The notes beneath the pieces are model-generated. The model was not told the origin of the DNA. It did not search any database and saw nothing but the letters and a program-made list of their open reading frames with translations. This document shows positions 54,692 through 64,000 of a DNA stretch of 64,000 bases, in pieces. Each line of letters starts with the position of its first letter. Within the stretch, counting starts at the first letter, position 1. The translations under genes and the position numbers were made by a program. Origin of the DNA: an uncultured Planctomycetota bacterium. Lineage in GTDB: Bacteria > Planctomycetota > Planctomycetia > Gemmatales > Gemmataceae. The stretch lies in assembly GCA_963784995.1 (NCBI GenBank), contig CAWATZ010000006.1:8853-72852 (forward strand), given 5' to 3'.

Positions 54692-55747
54692 TTACTTCTT
54701 GGCGAGGATGAGATCCACCAGCCAGCACCCACGTACGTGCGTCGCTGGCCCGCGGCCGTGGTCAAGCAACTGTTCGTCCGCGCACCCGGCATCCTCGAGC
54801 GCGTCCGCCAGGATCGGCAGCTGGTCAAATGCGGACAACTCATACGCGCCACGAGCGAGGGCGACGACCTGGGACGTTCGCCACCCCGGATCGAACACCG
54901 GGGGTGGCCGGAACGGATTCCCGAACAGGTCGCGCAGGAACTCCGCCTGAGCCGCCTCCTCTGGCCCATCGTCCGGCGGGGCGGGCTGACAGCGGCGGGC
55001 ATACCTCGCCCAGCGGCTGGCCTCGACTGCGGCTGTCCCCGCGTCCTCGGCGACCACGGCCGCGGCGGCAAGCGCGAATGCTCGGAGGAGGCTGCTGGCC
55101 TGGGAACTCGCTGCTGGCCTCATCCGGTGTCGTGCCAGATCCAATCTGTCCGCGGCTGTGGCGGAATCGGCGACTCGTTCGGCGGCCGCTACCGCTGACC
55201 GGCTCCACGGATCGTCCGAGAGGTCCCAGATCCTGCGGAAGCACGCGCATCCGAACAGACGCAGCTTCCGATCGCTTCCCCGGCCCAGCAAGTGCGCCAC
55301 CATCTGACCTGGATTGGCGCTGGTGAGCCATGCTGCTTCGTTCATCGGCCTCCGGCGCTCGAACGCAGCGGCCCGCTCGCGGGCCTGTTGCTCCAGCCCC
55401 GCTGCCAACCCGGCTTGACCGCTTGCCCGCTCCCATAACTCGCCTTGTACCCGGACAGCCTCCGGCGGGTATTCGACTGACCGGCCGTTCTCGACCGCCA
55501 GGCACCCCTCCTCGCGGGCCAGGCGGTACGCGAACTCGATCACTTCCTTCGTCAGACCGCCCGCCGGCGCCCACCGGCAGCGGGCGTATCCGTCCTGCAC
55601 TCGGACAAACTCGGCCATGCCGGGCGGGTACTCAGCGAGAAGCCGGGCAATCCGCTCCGGGTCGATGGGCCGAGCGACCGCGAGGTTGCTCGAACTGACC
55701 GTGGCGGAGTTGAAGTGCCCAACCTGAGTGTAATGGATGAAGCTCAT
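54692..55747 (-). CDS. hypothetical protein with planctomycete/myxobacterial TIGR02996-like C-terminal tail
   Basis: ...QLPILADALEDAGCADEQLLDHGRGPATHVRGCWLVDLILAKK. Confidence 0.5.
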   Translation of the reverse strand: MSFIHYTQVGHFNSATVSSSNLAVARPIDPERIARLLAEYPPGMAEFVRVQDGYARCRWAPAGGLTKEVIEFAYRLAREEGCLAVENGRSVEYPPEAVRVQGELWERASGQAGLAAGLEQQARERAAAFERRRPMNEAAWLTSANPGQMVAHLLGRGSDRKLRLFGCACFRRIWDLSDDPWSRSAVAAAERVADSATAADRLDLARHRMRPAASSQASSLLRAFALAAAAVVAEDAGTAAVEASRWARYARRCQPAPPDDGPEEAAQAEFLRDLFGNPFRPPPVFDPGWRTSQVVALARGAYELSAFDQLPILADALEDAGCADEQLLDHGRGPATHVRGCWLVDLILAKK

Positions 55748-55998
55748 CGCCCCGCTCCGCCTTTGGGTCTGAATCACCATTCACTTTAGCACAGTTCGTC
55801 CTGCAGCTCCAATCAAACGCTTCAGAACCAATGCCTGCCCGTGGCTGTCCGCACGCCCGCCCGAATACCCTGGCCGGTGGCAGGCAGGCACGCTTTTGAC
55901 CTACACTGGCACCTGTCCGACAAGAACGGGCAATCTCTGGCCTCTGAGCCATCCCTCAAAAGCTGGCAGGCAGGGCACGCACGGCGTTCAGGCCTGCA

Positions 55999-57174
55999 TC
56001 AACCGCTCGCCCGTTCCGCACCCGGCTCCTCTCCTTGCTTCTTCTCCGGCAGCAGACAGGGGACAGCCAGCTTCTGAATCGTTTGCCAGGCGTCGATGCG
56101 CTCCCGGAAGAAGGAGTTCCCGTTGCGGTTGTCAAACAGCGCCGCCAGTTCGCCGACTTGCTGGCCGAACCAGTTCGCCAGCTTCTGCGGCTCGTAGGTC
56201 CTGCCGGCGTCGTACAACGGAAACGCTTTCGGCAAGCGCAACGGAACAGTCCCGCCGGGGTTCGCCGCCGAGCCGTTCTGGGCCAGCCGATCGAAAAAGA
56301 AATGGCACGCCAGGAAGAAGTCGAAGCGCAGGGCCTGGCTGGCCGTGGCCAGGGCGGTGGGCAGCACCCGCTGGACAATGCGTAAACCGCGAGGCCAGTT
56401 GTCGGTCAGGGACAGGAACGTCAGGTGGTCGGCGTACTCGGTCAGGTTGTGTTCGACAGCCTTGTCGGCCAGCAGCTTCCACCCTCGGCGGTGATACTCC
56501 AGGGCCTGTTCCGGCCGACCCAGCCGCATCAGGGGCGGGAGCAGCTCGGGGTAGGTGCTGACGGGCTCGTAGCGGCGGCGAAACGGGCCGGTCAGCAACG
56601 GCTGGGCCGCTGCCAGCGCCTGTTCGTCCTGGCCGCTGAAGGTCAGGTACTCCACCAGGAAATCCTGTTCGTTCTCCGGACCGTCGCTGAGCCAGTCGCG
56701 CGGGCTGGAGCAGTACGCTTCGTGGGCCTCGTCCGCTCGCTGGTGGTCTCCCATGCGCACGGCCACGTTGCGCCGCAGCAGGTGAATCGCTCGCAGGGTC
56801 GAGCCGGCGTTGCGGTAACGTTCCGTGATCTCTTCCAGGGAGGTGGCGATTTGCTGCCGGCTCACCTGGGGAAAGAGGGGCAGGCTGAAGACTACCCAGC
56901 GGTGTTTCCACAGCAGCGGCTCCGGGCTGAACGTCTCCGGATCGCGATCGCTCTGGGCCAAACACCAGCTGAAGGCGACCAGCAGCACCTGCGGCTGACC
57001 CGCCGCCATCGCCGCATCAATCAGCTCCAACCGGGTGTGGAAGCCGGCCTCGACGTCGCGGTGCTCGTCGGACAGGCGAACCGCCTCCTCGAGCAGGGCC
57101 ACCTGGGTTGGGCTCGCCTCCAGGACGGAAGCGCGTTCGAGCAGATCTTGAATCGCACTGCGGTGGTCGATCAT
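55999..57174 (-). CDS. hypothetical TPR-like protein
   Basis: Start MIDHRSAIQDLLERA. Helical repeat composition. Confidence 0.5.
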   Translation of the reverse strand: MIDHRSAIQDLLERASVLEASPTQVALLEEAVRLSDEHRDVEAGFHTRLELIDAAMAAGQPQVLLVAFSWCLAQSDRDPETFSPEPLLWKHRWVVFSLPLFPQVSRQQIATSLEEITERYRNAGSTLRAIHLLRRNVAVRMGDHQRADEAHEAYCSSPRDWLSDGPENEQDFLVEYLTFSGQDEQALAAAQPLLTGPFRRRYEPVSTYPELLPPLMRLGRPEQALEYHRRGWKLLADKAVEHNLTEYADHLTFLSLTDNWPRGLRIVQRVLPTALATASQALRFDFFLACHFFFDRLAQNGSAANPGGTVPLRLPKAFPLYDAGRTYEPQKLANWFGQQVGELAALFDNRNGNSFFRERIDAWQTIQKLAVPCLLPEKKQGEEPGAERASG

Positions 57175-57232
57175 GGCGCACCTTCTATCAAGTCGATTGG
57201 GAACACTTGGATCAATCATACCAGAAATCGCC

Positions 57233-59843
57233 ATGTCGCTGCTCCGTTCGGCGGCCAGTATACTGGCATTGGCTTTTCTCCTTGTGAGGACCGGTCCCAT
57301 GAATGCTGGCGTTCTGCAAGCGGCGCTGCTGGTTGCCGTTACCATCGGGCTGGGCGGAGTCCTGGCCGGCAGACCCGTGGCCGACCCACCTCCGGCCGCT
57401 GCACCCGCCGGACCGGAGGCCGTGGCGCCGAAGGTCTGCACTGACCGCGCCGGGGACCCGCTCCCCCCGGATGCCCTGCTGCGCCTGGGGACCCTCCGGC
57501 ACCGCTACCTGCACAACCATTACTCCCAGATTCGTCAGCGCCTGGCGGACGGCAAGACGGCCCTGGCCAGCACTCCAACCGAGGTGCGCTGGGTGGACCT
57601 GGCCACCGGCCGGTTGACCGATTCCTGGCGGCTGCCCCGGGGGGAACAGGTCTGTGGCTTCTCTCCGGACGGCCGGCTCGCTCTGCTCTACCACGATGCG
57701 GTGCTTCGCCTGTGGGACCTGACGGCGCAGAGAGCTGCGGCCGTTCCGCGGCAATGGGGACCTGGGCCGCACGGTCACGGCCACCTTTGCTCCGGACGGC
57801 CGGGTCGTCGCGACCGAAAGCCACGGCGACTGTGGTTTCCGGGGATTGGTCCGTGTCTGGGACGTGGCCACGGGCCGGGAACTGTGGCAGGAAGGCGGGA
57901 AGAAATTCTTTGGTGGGCCTGCTCCTCTCGGCTTCCTTGGCGAGGAGACGCTGGTGGTGTTCGATTGGGAGACGCTGCGAGTGAGCCTGCGCCACCGTGT
58001 CACCGGCCGGGAACAGCGCTCGTTCGCCACACGATCGCGCGAAGAGGCTGGGTGGAACGCGTACCTCTCGCCGGACGGCAAAACGGTCCTGATCGGGACA
58101 ATGGGCAAGGCGGTCCGGGCCTGGGACGTGGCCACGGGCAAGGAGCTGCCGCCCCTGGAAGGGCCCAGGAGCCACGGCCGGTTGTGTGCCCTCGGCCGCT
58201 ATGGCCGGACCCTCCTGACGACCGGGGAAGACCCGTTCGTCCTGGTCTGGGACTGGCCTGCCCGCAAACAGCGCGGACGGATCGAGCTGGGGGCTGGTCG
58301 AAGGGTCGAGCACCTGGCCATCTCCGCAGATGGCAAGCGGGCGGAGATCGTCTGCTCCGACGAACACGCCCTGCGCTTCTTCGACCTGGAGAGCGGCAAG
58401 GAGCTGCCGTCGGCCGAGGGGCATCGCGGTGAGGTGCGGGGATTGGCGATCACTGCCGATCACAAGGTCGTTTCGGCCGGCCTCGACAGTACCATCCGCA
58501 CCTGGGACCTGAGCACGGGCCAGCCCCTGCACGTCCACGCAACGGAGCATGCACGCGGCCTGGCGTCGCTGGCGGTGAGCGGGGACGGCCGACTGGTGGC
58601 GACGTATGAATCCAACCACGGCACGGTGGCAATCCATGACCGGGACACGGGCCGGCAGGTGCGGACGATCGATCTGGGTTTGCAGGAAGTTTCGAGCCTC
58701 ACCTTTGCTCCGGAGGGTCAGCTCCTGGCGTTCACGGGATACCGGAGGGGCCCAAACGATTGGCTTTACTCCCTGGTCCTGTGGGACGCCGGCCGGGGCC
58801 AGGAGCTGCGACGCCTGGAGGGGACGAAGTGGTATAGCCCACCCGCCTTCAGCCCGGACGGGCGGTTGCTGGCCGTGGCCTGCGGGGACCAGGTGCGGCT
58901 CCTGGAAGTAACCACTGGACAGCAGCGGACCGCCTTGCCTCGGAAGGACGTGCATGTCCTGGCCTTCTCCCCGGATGGCAAGACCCTGGCCTGCGCGGAT
59001 CAGGAAGGCATCCTCCTCTGGGAGCTGGCCACGTGCCTGGAGCGAGCCCGGATCGAGGTCCCGCCGGGATTGACTCGCGTGCTGCACTTCTCACCGGATG
59101 GCCGCTGGCTGGCGTGGGGTGTGGGGAACATTCTCGACGACGAGTCGGAGGCGGTCCATCTCTGGGACGTCTGGCGCGGCGAGAAGGTGCGCCCCCTGCT
59201 GGGGCACGACCGACGGGTTACCGGCCTGGCCTTTGCCCCCGACGGCCGCACCCTGGTCTCGTGCAGTTCGGACACGACCCTGCTGGTCTGGGACCTCACT
59301 GGCGTGGCGGCCTGGCAACCGCGGCCGGCGTCTCGGCCCGACGCAGCCGCGCTGGGGACGGCGTGGAACGATCTGGCAGGGAGAGACGCAAAGGCGGCGT
59401 ACCAGGCACTGCAAGTGCTGGCCTCGGCACCGGCGCAGAGTGTCGCGTTCCTCCGCGAGCGCTTACGTCCCGCCCCGCCCCTGGACAGGAAGCAGGTCGA
59501 GCGCTGGCTGGCCGATCTGGACAGCGACGAGTTCGCCCAGCGTGAGAAGGCAGTGCGCGAACTGGAGCGGCTGGGAGAGCGCGTCGAGGCGCCACTGCGC
59601 CGGCTGCTGGCCGGCAGCCCGTCAGCGGAGGCCCGCCGCCGGGCCGAGGAGCTGCTGGCCGGGATCGAAGGCCCCGTCAGTAACGCCGAGCGACTGCAGC
59701 AGCTTCGAGCGGTGGAGCTGCTGGAGCGGATCGGCAAGGAGGTGGCGCGGGAGCTGCTCAAGGCACTCGCGGAGGGCGACCCGGAGGCTCCCCTGACGCG
59801 GGATGCGGCGGCTGCGTTCCGCCGGCTGGGCCGCAGGCCGTGA
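57233..59843 (+). CDS. WD40-repeat protein with N-terminal TM/signal and C-terminal HEAT-like helical region (+1 frameshift at about 57722-57735)
   Basis: About 14 WD repeats (VRVWDVATGKEL, IRTWDLSTGQPL ...). Frame switches from ORF 57173..58432 to ORF 57846..59843. Confidence 0.7.
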
Positions 59844-59855
59844 GAGGACCAAACG

Positions 59856-61160
59856 CTACCCTGCATCGCCCTCCTGTGGGGTTGCGTGGGAAGAGGTGGC
59901 GGAACTCGCCGTGAGCTGATTGCTGGGCTTCGCTCCGAGCGGTCTGGCCGTCGCCCGGCGGTGCCAGAGCCACGCTCCGACCCCGAGGGCCCCCAGGAGT
60001 GCTGTGCCGCCAACGGGAAGCCACGGAAACCGACGGGGGTTTTCATCCGCTGCCTCTTCCTCGACGTACCGGGCGTCCGGCCAGGCGGCGGAGGCGACCC
60101 CGCCTGGCCGGACGTCATGAGGGACCCATCCGGGGCGGGTGTTGTAGGGGAACAGCCAGAGATCATCCGACCACTGCCGGACGTCCTCCGGCTTGAGGTC
60201 GTAGGCCTGAATGTTGGTCAAGTAAAAGCGCTCGCCCGGGTGCAGCTTCTGAAAGAGCCTGGTCACGGTCGGAAGCCAGGGAGCCGATCCGCGCAGGAAA
60301 GGATCGTCCTGGGGAGCGGAGTAACTCTTGCCGGCATTGGGCTCGCAACGGGGGGAATCCCAATCGCGGTAGTTGAGCGCGAAACCGCGGTGGACGTAGC
60401 CGAACTGGGAAAGCCGGTCGTTGATCCAGGCACCGAAGAACACGTAGAGGTTGACGCTGAAGGGGTCGCTCTGCAGGCCGGACATCTTCATGGGAAAATA
60501 GATGCCGTCGGAGCCGCCAGTCCGGAAGGAAAAGCGCAACGGATGCAGTTCCGCGACGCCGGCGTTTCCCGTGCTGGCGTCCTTGACCTTGATGCAAGCA
60601 AAGACGTATCCTTTTTCGCGATAGAAGCCGATCACGTCCTCGGCATCGTCGGGCAAGGACTGGTAACCCTCCTTTTCCAGCCACTGGTTGAGGGCCCCGG
60701 CCTGTCTCTCCCGGACGATGGCCACGGAGTAGCTGCCCACGACCCGCTTGGAGAGGACCTCAACCGGCTCCTGCCCCACCGCCTTGACGTCGCTCTTCGT
60801 CTCGGCCTTCGTTTCCGTCCTTCGGCCCCTCGACTGGGCAAGCCGATCCTGGACATACTGGTGCAGCTCCTGAAACAGTCTGGCGTCCTCCTTCTCCACC
60901 TTCGGCTCCCTGGGAAAGGGGATCACCCAGGCAAACTGGTCGTTCTTGCCCTTGATGCCGATCTTCAGGATGAGGTCCTCGAACGAACCGCCTTCCTGCT
61001 CCGACGTCCGGAACAGGATGATCGCTTCCTGGGAGCGTTCTTCGAGCGAACCGTTGTAGCCCCGCGGCCTGAATAGCTTGCCGTCACCGCGGACCTGCTC
61101 GGCGGCGAGGAAGAGCGCCAGGATGGATCCGAGAACAACACCGACGGGATGATGCCGCAT
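59856..61160 (-). CDS. secreted protein, DUF2330-like, C-terminal TM anchor
   Basis: Signal peptide and C-terminal TM helix TALLGALGVGAWLWHRR. Confidence 0.45.
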   Translation of the reverse strand: MRHHPVGVVLGSILALFLAAEQVRGDGKLFRPRGYNGSLEERSQEAIILFRTSEQEGGSFEDLILKIGIKGKNDQFAWVIPFPREPKVEKEDARLFQELHQYVQDRLAQSRGRRTETKAETKSDVKAVGQEPVEVLSKRVVGSYSVAIVRERQAGALNQWLEKEGYQSLPDDAEDVIGFYREKGYVFACIKVKDASTGNAGVAELHPLRFSFRTGGSDGIYFPMKMSGLQSDPFSVNLYVFFGAWINDRLSQFGYVHRGFALNYRDWDSPRCEPNAGKSYSAPQDDPFLRGSAPWLPTVTRLFQKLHPGERFYLTNIQAYDLKPEDVRQWSDDLWLFPYNTRPGWVPHDVRPGGVASAAWPDARYVEEEAADENPRRFPWLPVGGTALLGALGVGAWLWHRRATARPLGAKPSNQLTASSATSSHATPQEGDAG

Positions 61161-61287
61161 GGGATGTCCCTCGCTGAGTTGGCAGGCCGCCTGGAACAGC
61201 CGCCACTGGCCGTGGTTTCGCTGTTATTCTAGGAGAAATACCAGGCGCGTGGCAGGATACAACCTCCCTTCAGGAGAAACCGCTCCG

Positions 61288-62526
61288 ATGAGTCGATTCC
61301 CCTTTGCTCTTCTGATCGCCGCCCTTCCAGGATTGCTGCTTCCGGGTTCCGCCCCGGTCGCCGAGAAGGAGCCGGACAAGAAGATCGTCGGCTACTTCGC
61401 CGAGTGGAGCATCTACGGCCGCAAGTACAACGTCGCCGACATCCCGGCCGGCAAGCTGACCCATCTCAACTACGCCTTCGCCAAGATCAATCCGGCCGGG
61501 GAGTGTACACTCATCGACTCCTACGCCGCCATCGACAAGGCCTATCCCGGCGACAAGTGGGACGCCGGCGTGCTGCGCGGCAACTTCAACCAGCTGCTCC
61601 AGCTGAAGCGCAAGCACCCGCACCTCAGGACGCTGATCAGCATAGGCGGCTGGACCCAGTCGGGCCTCTTCTCCGACGCCGCCCTGACCGAGGCGTCTCG
61701 GGGCAAGTTTGCCCGCTCCGCCGTCGCCTTCATGGTCAAGTACGGCTTCGACGGCGTTGACGTCGATTGGGAATATCCCGTCAGCGGCGGCCTGCAAGGC
61801 AACAAGACACGGCCTCAGGACAGGCAGAACTTCACCCTGCTCCTGGCCGAGCTGCGCAAACAGCTCGACGAGCGCGGCAAGCTCGACAAGAAGGCGTACC
61901 TGCTTACCATCGCCGCCCCGGCCGGGCCGAACACCTACCGCAACCTGGAGCTGGCAAAGATCCATGCGCATCTCGACTGGATCAACCTGATGACCTACGA
62001 CTTCCACGGCAGCTGGAGTCCGCTCACAAACTTCAACGCACCGCTGTATCCCTCGAAGGACGATCCCACGACCGACGAAACCATCCGCAAGCACTTCAAC
62101 GTCGATTCGGCCGTGAAGGCGTACCTGGCCGCGGGAGTGCCGGCCGGGAAGCTGGTGGTCGGGGTGCCGTTCTACGGCCGGGGCTGGGCCGGGGTCAAGA
62201 AGGAGAACAATGGCCTGTACCAGAAGGCTGCGGGCCAGCCGCCGAAGGGCACCTGGGAGGCGGGCGTCTTCGATTACAAGGACCTGTCGGTCAACTACGC
62301 CGGCAAGTTCAAGCGGCACTGGCACAAGGAGGCCCAGGTCCCGTGGTTGTACGACGAGGCCCGCGGCATCATGATCAGCTACGACGATCCGCAATCGCTT
62401 CGGCTCAAGGCGGAGTACGTCCGCGACCACAAGCTGGGTGGGGCGATGTTCTGGGAACTGAGCGCCGACGACAGGGAGGACTCCCTGCTCAACGCCCTGG
62501 TCGGCGTCTTGCGGCCAGCGCGGTGA
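61288..62526 (+). CDS. glycoside hydrolase family 18 (chitinase-like)
   Basis: DGVDVDWEYP catalytic DxxDxDxE motif. Signal peptide. SD caggag. Confidence 0.85.
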   Translation: MSRFPFALLIAALPGLLLPGSAPVAEKEPDKKIVGYFAEWSIYGRKYNVADIPAGKLTHLNYAFAKINPAGECTLIDSYAAIDKAYPGDKWDAGVLRGNFNQLLQLKRKHPHLRTLISIGGWTQSGLFSDAALTEASRGKFARSAVAFMVKYGFDGVDVDWEYPVSGGLQGNKTRPQDRQNFTLLLAELRKQLDERGKLDKKAYLLTIAAPAGPNTYRNLELAKIHAHLDWINLMTYDFHGSWSPLTNFNAPLYPSKDDPTTDETIRKHFNVDSAVKAYLAAGVPAGKLVVGVPFYGRGWAGVKKENNGLYQKAAGQPPKGTWEAGVFDYKDLSVNYAGKFKRHWHKEAQVPWLYDEARGIMISYDDPQSLRLKAEYVRDHKLGGAMFWELSADDREDSLLNALVGVLRPAR

Positions 62527-62545
62527 CGTCCTGCCGCGCTGGCCC
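62510..62545. terminator. hairpin between convergent chitinase and lipoprotein genes (ggccagcgcgg-N10-ccgcgctggcc)
   Basis: 11-bp perfect stem overlapping the chitinase stop. Confidence 0.45.
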
Positions 62546-62553
62546 GAGGGCTA

Positions 62554-63024
62554 TCAACCTGGAGGCGCCGGCTTGCGTTCCAGGACCATCAGGGTCGATT
62601 CAGAGCTCGGGGCAAACGCCGCGGGTCTGGGGGCGTCGTACTCGCCCCGGCAAATCTTGAGTTTCGAGCCCTCGAAGACAAAGATGCCCTGCTTGGTCTT
62701 GCCCACGTCGGGGCCATGCAGGCAGACAAAATCAATTTCCGCGGGGCTCTTGGAGTTATCCACCCGGACCGAGGACAGTTCCAGCCTTCCAAGCGAGGCG
62801 AGAGAAGCATTCGTGACGACCTCTCTCTGCTTGAATTGCCCCTGGCTAAAGTTCAGCTGCAATCCCTTGGTGATCTTGGCGTCTGCCTGTTCACCCTTTT
62901 CGTTGAGTTCAAGGACGATCCAATCGCCTTCAAACGGCCCCAACCCGTTGTCGGGGGGTTTGGTGGAACAACCGGCGCAGACCAGAAGCAAGCCGGCAAG
63001 GAAACGAAGGTAGTTCGCGTTCAT
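62554..63024 (-). CDS. lipoprotein with TIGR03067 planctomycete domain
   Basis: Lipobox LLVCAGC. GDWIVLELNEKGEQ...KQGIFVFEGSKLKIC...RPAAF pattern. Confidence 0.65.
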   Translation of the reverse strand: MNANYLRFLAGLLLVCAGCSTKPPDNGLGPFEGDWIVLELNEKGEQADAKITKGLQLNFSQGQFKQREVVTNASLASLGRLELSSVRVDNSKSPAEIDFVCLHGPDVGKTKQGIFVFEGSKLKICRGEYDAPRPAAFAPSSESTLMVLERKPAPPG

Positions 63025-63114
63025 GAGGCGAGGTCCCGGACAAGGGGAAGATCGACGAGGTCCAGGAACGGTGGTTCCTGGACCTCCCGGAAAAACGAAC
63101 GGACAAGACACTGG

Positions 63115-64000
63115 TCAGGGAACGGGGATCGGATTGCCGTCGTTGGGTTTGAGGAAGGTTTGCAGCGACGTGGCATAGGGGAACAAGTGGACCGAACCGT
63201 CGGCCATGGCCATGAGCCCACCACTGGCCAGCGGGCTGCCCCACTGGTTCGAGGTCGCTGCCGTCCCATCCTGGAGCCAGGTGGCGGCCGTGTTGCCCAG
63301 TGAGGACCGCCCCGTTCCCAGGGTCCCCCCGGAGAAGATCGACGTCAGCGTGCTGGACGGCGTGGTCAGCTGGTAATCCGAACGGGCCAGGTAAGCGTGC
63401 CCCATCAGGATGGTGTTCGAGGTGCCGTCGGCGATGTTGGCCAGGAGGAACTTGGCGTTGGCCGCGGCGACGCCCCCGGCGACGGGATCGTTGATCCACG
63501 GATTGATCGCGTAGTCCGTCGTCGGTCCCGCGTTGCCGCCGCTGACCGAACCCGAGAAAGAAAGGGTAATGGGTACGGTGAGCCCGTTGGTGAACGTGAA
63601 AGCAATGGTGCCGTTCACGAAGTCCCACATAAAATTGGTCACCATGTTGCCCGACCAGGCCACGTAACCGCCCGAATTGCTAAAGTCCCAGCTCATGGTG
63701 TACGTGGCGCCCCCCACCGTCGCCGTTCCGGTGCCCATGTCGGGGTTTCCGACAGGGAGCGTGATTGTCTGGCCGGGTTGAATCACGTTCGGCAAATTGC
63801 CGTTGCCGCCGCCGCCGCTGACGTACCCGGGCCGGGCACGCAGCGGGCACAAGAACGTCGAAATGGGGGACGTCCAGGTGTTGGGCGGCGAACCGTTCTG
63901 CCCTTCGTACACCACCGTTTCCTCGATGAAGGGCAAAACCTGATAGCCCCACGATCCAGAACCGGTGGCGGTACTGCTCGCCGACGCCCCCTGCGCTCGT
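63115..64000 (-). CDS. DUF1559 domain protein, C-terminal part (gene continues beyond window end)
   Basis: NTILMGH...AMADGSVHLF H-X9-DG region. Gly/Thr-rich beta-rich body. Confidence 0.7.
   Translation of the reverse strand, partial: RAQGASASSTATGSGSWGYQVLPFIEETVVYEGQNGSPPNTWTSPISTFLCPLRARPGYVSGGGGNGNLPNVIQPGQTITLPVGNPDMGTGTATVGGATYTMSWDFSNSGGYVAWSGNMVTNFMWDFVNGTIAFTFTNGLTVPITLSFSGSVSGGNAGPTTDYAINPWINDPVAGGVAAANAKFLLANIADGTSNTILMGHAYLARSDYQLTTPSSTLTSIFSGGTLGTGRSSLGNTAATWLQDGTAATSNQWGSPLASGGLMAMADGSVHLFPYATSLQTFLKPNDGNPIPVP

Overview
This window is a high-GC (about 65-70% outside islands) chromosomal segment whose gene content points to a Planctomycetota (Gemmataceae-like) genome. Lineage markers are a DUF1559 prepilin-like protein ([30 protein letters not shown]... 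H-X9-DG), TIGR03000 and TIGR03067 planctomycete-specific domains, DUF1501, a TIGR02996-like tail, and abundant Tat/lipoprotein signals. Six-frame ORF noise is very high because of GC, so only ORFs with recognisable protein logic were called. Housekeeping and accessory content runs as follows: amino-acid permease plus FAD oxidoreductase operon; a PD-(D/E)XK Rpn-like gene with coding tandem repeats and a duplicated 3' module; a secreted coiled-coil/TIGR03000/PDZ protein; an RND efflux locus (one adaptor MFP, two tandem RND pump paralogs, convergent outer-membrane factor (OMF) plus a small Cys/Pro-rich secreted protein) punctuated by unusually long perfect palindromes; a DUF1559 cluster; a beta-lactamase-family hydrolase; an MFS transporter; and two tandem PknK-like Ser/Thr-kinase-AAA-TPR paralogs, one of them a decayed pseudogene. 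The most interesting part is a composite, lower-GC (about 50-58%) accessory region organised around tRNA-Ser(CGA) at 48577-48663. A 40-nt 5' half of the tRNA plus about 65 bp of its upstream flank is directly repeated at 33581-33685. A third partial copy of the flanking gene's 3' end lies at 42003-42127. A second insertion immediately downstream of the tRNA (48.7-51.1 kb) is flanked by two roughly 85% identical copies of the DUF1501 gene 3' end. No integrase was found. The island cargo includes: a Ser/Thr kinase fused to a DUF4268-like domain and repeats; a DUF433/DUF5615 toxin-antitoxin-like pair; RHH and zinc-ribbon small proteins; and a tightly coupled six-gene minus-strand operon, XRE regulator, ImmA/IrrE peptidase, thymidylate-synthase-fold enzyme, Tmk-like P-loop kinase fused to a roughly 400-aa unknown domain, APH-like kinase, MazG pyrophosphohydrolase. 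I interpret that operon as a candidate nucleotide or DNA-base hypermodification (or nucleotide-depletion) module of phage or defence-island origin. Several genes show single frameshifts located in G/C homopolymer runs; these may be sequencing errors and are flagged rather than over-interpreted.
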